A stretch of 64,000 bases of DNA from the NCBI GenBank assembly GCA_027494135.1, contig JAOSJK010000023.1:12558-76557 (forward strand), written 5' to 3'. Positions 63,683-64,000 of this stretch are shown piece by piece (the stretch's first letter is position 1; each line of letters opens with the position of its first letter). Both the position numbers and the translations under genes were made by a program. Origin of the DNA: Acidimicrobiia bacterium (GTDB lineage: Bacteria; Actinomycetota; Acidimicrobiia; IMCC26256; PALSA-610). The notes under the pieces are model-generated. The model was not told the DNA's origin and searched no databases. It saw only the letters and a list, made by a program, of their open reading frames with translations.

Positions 63683-64000
63683 CGGTGAGCTACGACCCGT
63701 TCTCCACCGAGACCCGTGCCAATCCGTACCCGCACTATGCCGAGCTCCGGCAGAGTGCACCCGTGCACCGGCTCGAGGGGGCTGGGTTCCATCTGGTGTC
63801 GCGCTACGAGGACGTGCTCTTCGTCCTCAAGCACCCCGAGCTCTTCTCGTCCAAGGCCATGCAGCGGATGATCATGTCCGGGATGGGTGTCGGCATCCAG
63901 AACATGGACCCCAGCCAGGACTTCGATCCGAAGGCCGTCCAGGTGCTTACCGAGCTCTCGAAGAGCCTCGGCTTCAATCCGGTCGAGCTGATGATGACGC
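63679..64000 (+). CDS. cytochrome P450 (copy 3), 5' part only, runs off window
   Basis: Not in the ORF track. The ATG at 63679 gives MTVSYDPFSTETRANPYPHYAELRQSAPVHRLEGAGFHLVSRYEDVLFVLKHPELFSSKAM..., which parallels the N-terminus of P450 copy 2. Confidence 0.75.
   Translation, partial: MTVSYDPFSTETRANPYPHYAELRQSAPVHRLEGAGFHLVSRYEDVLFVLKHPELFSSKAMQRMIMSGMGVGIQNMDPSQDFDPKAVQVLTELSKSLGFNPVELMMT

Noticed and set aside
1-64000. Naming the pathway as cholesterol or bile-acid catabolism, or naming a host taxon.
   Set aside because: Several hallmarks are steroid-like (alpha/beta ACADs, a thiolase-fold protein lacking the nucleophilic Cys plus DUF35, HsaC-like and hydroxysteroid-DH-like genes, P450s). 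However, the Rieske enzymes have beta subunits, unlike KshA, and I saw no KstD, HsaAB or KstR signatures. The RND/MFP genes point to a diderm host. The substrate and lineage cannot be fixed from this window alone.

Overview
This is a high-GC bacterial window (roughly two-thirds G+C by eye), almost entirely filled with one catabolic supercluster for a hydrophobic aromatic, alicyclic or steroid-like substrate.

Catabolic content I can support:
- Two Rieske oxygenase alpha/beta pairs.
- A type-I (BphC/HsaC-like) and a LigB-type extradiol dioxygenase.
- Three cytochrome P450s plus a small ferredoxin.
- Two luciferase-like monooxygenases and two nitronate-monooxygenase-like flavoenzymes.
- Four amidohydrolase_2 genes plus one relic.
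- Three adjacent alpha/beta-type acyl-CoA dehydrogenase pairs.
- Two thiolase-fold + DUF35 pairs.
- SDRs, Zn-ADHs, an ALDH, an acyl-CoA synthetase, a CoA-transferase, an enoyl-CoA hydratase and hot-dog thioesterases.
- A TetR-MFP-RND efflux unit.

Main points of interest:
1. A 14-bp palindrome, TTTCCGATCGGAAA, recurs in fixed register with -10-like hexamers in front of at least six operons. It looks like one undescribed repressor regulon.
2. An IS1380-family element sits exactly between a stop codon and the next RBS, with a CTAG duplication.
3. A 4-5 kb decayed or foreign patch (48.6-53.8 kb) holds kup and trkA-like relics and genes typical of conjugative-element leading regions (RadC, a small CDWG-type protein, a DUF6908-like protein). 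A shared 25-nt hairpin-forming repeat lies upstream of two of them.
4. At least 17 single-base frame disruptions affect about 13 otherwise well-conserved genes. Six are the same event: one extra G/C in the centre of GAGCTC. Most of the rest sit in G5/C5 runs. I think consensus error (possibly methylation-linked) is more likely than real decay.

I found no rRNA, tRNA or CRISPR. Product calls come from motif recognition by eye, and no database search was possible.
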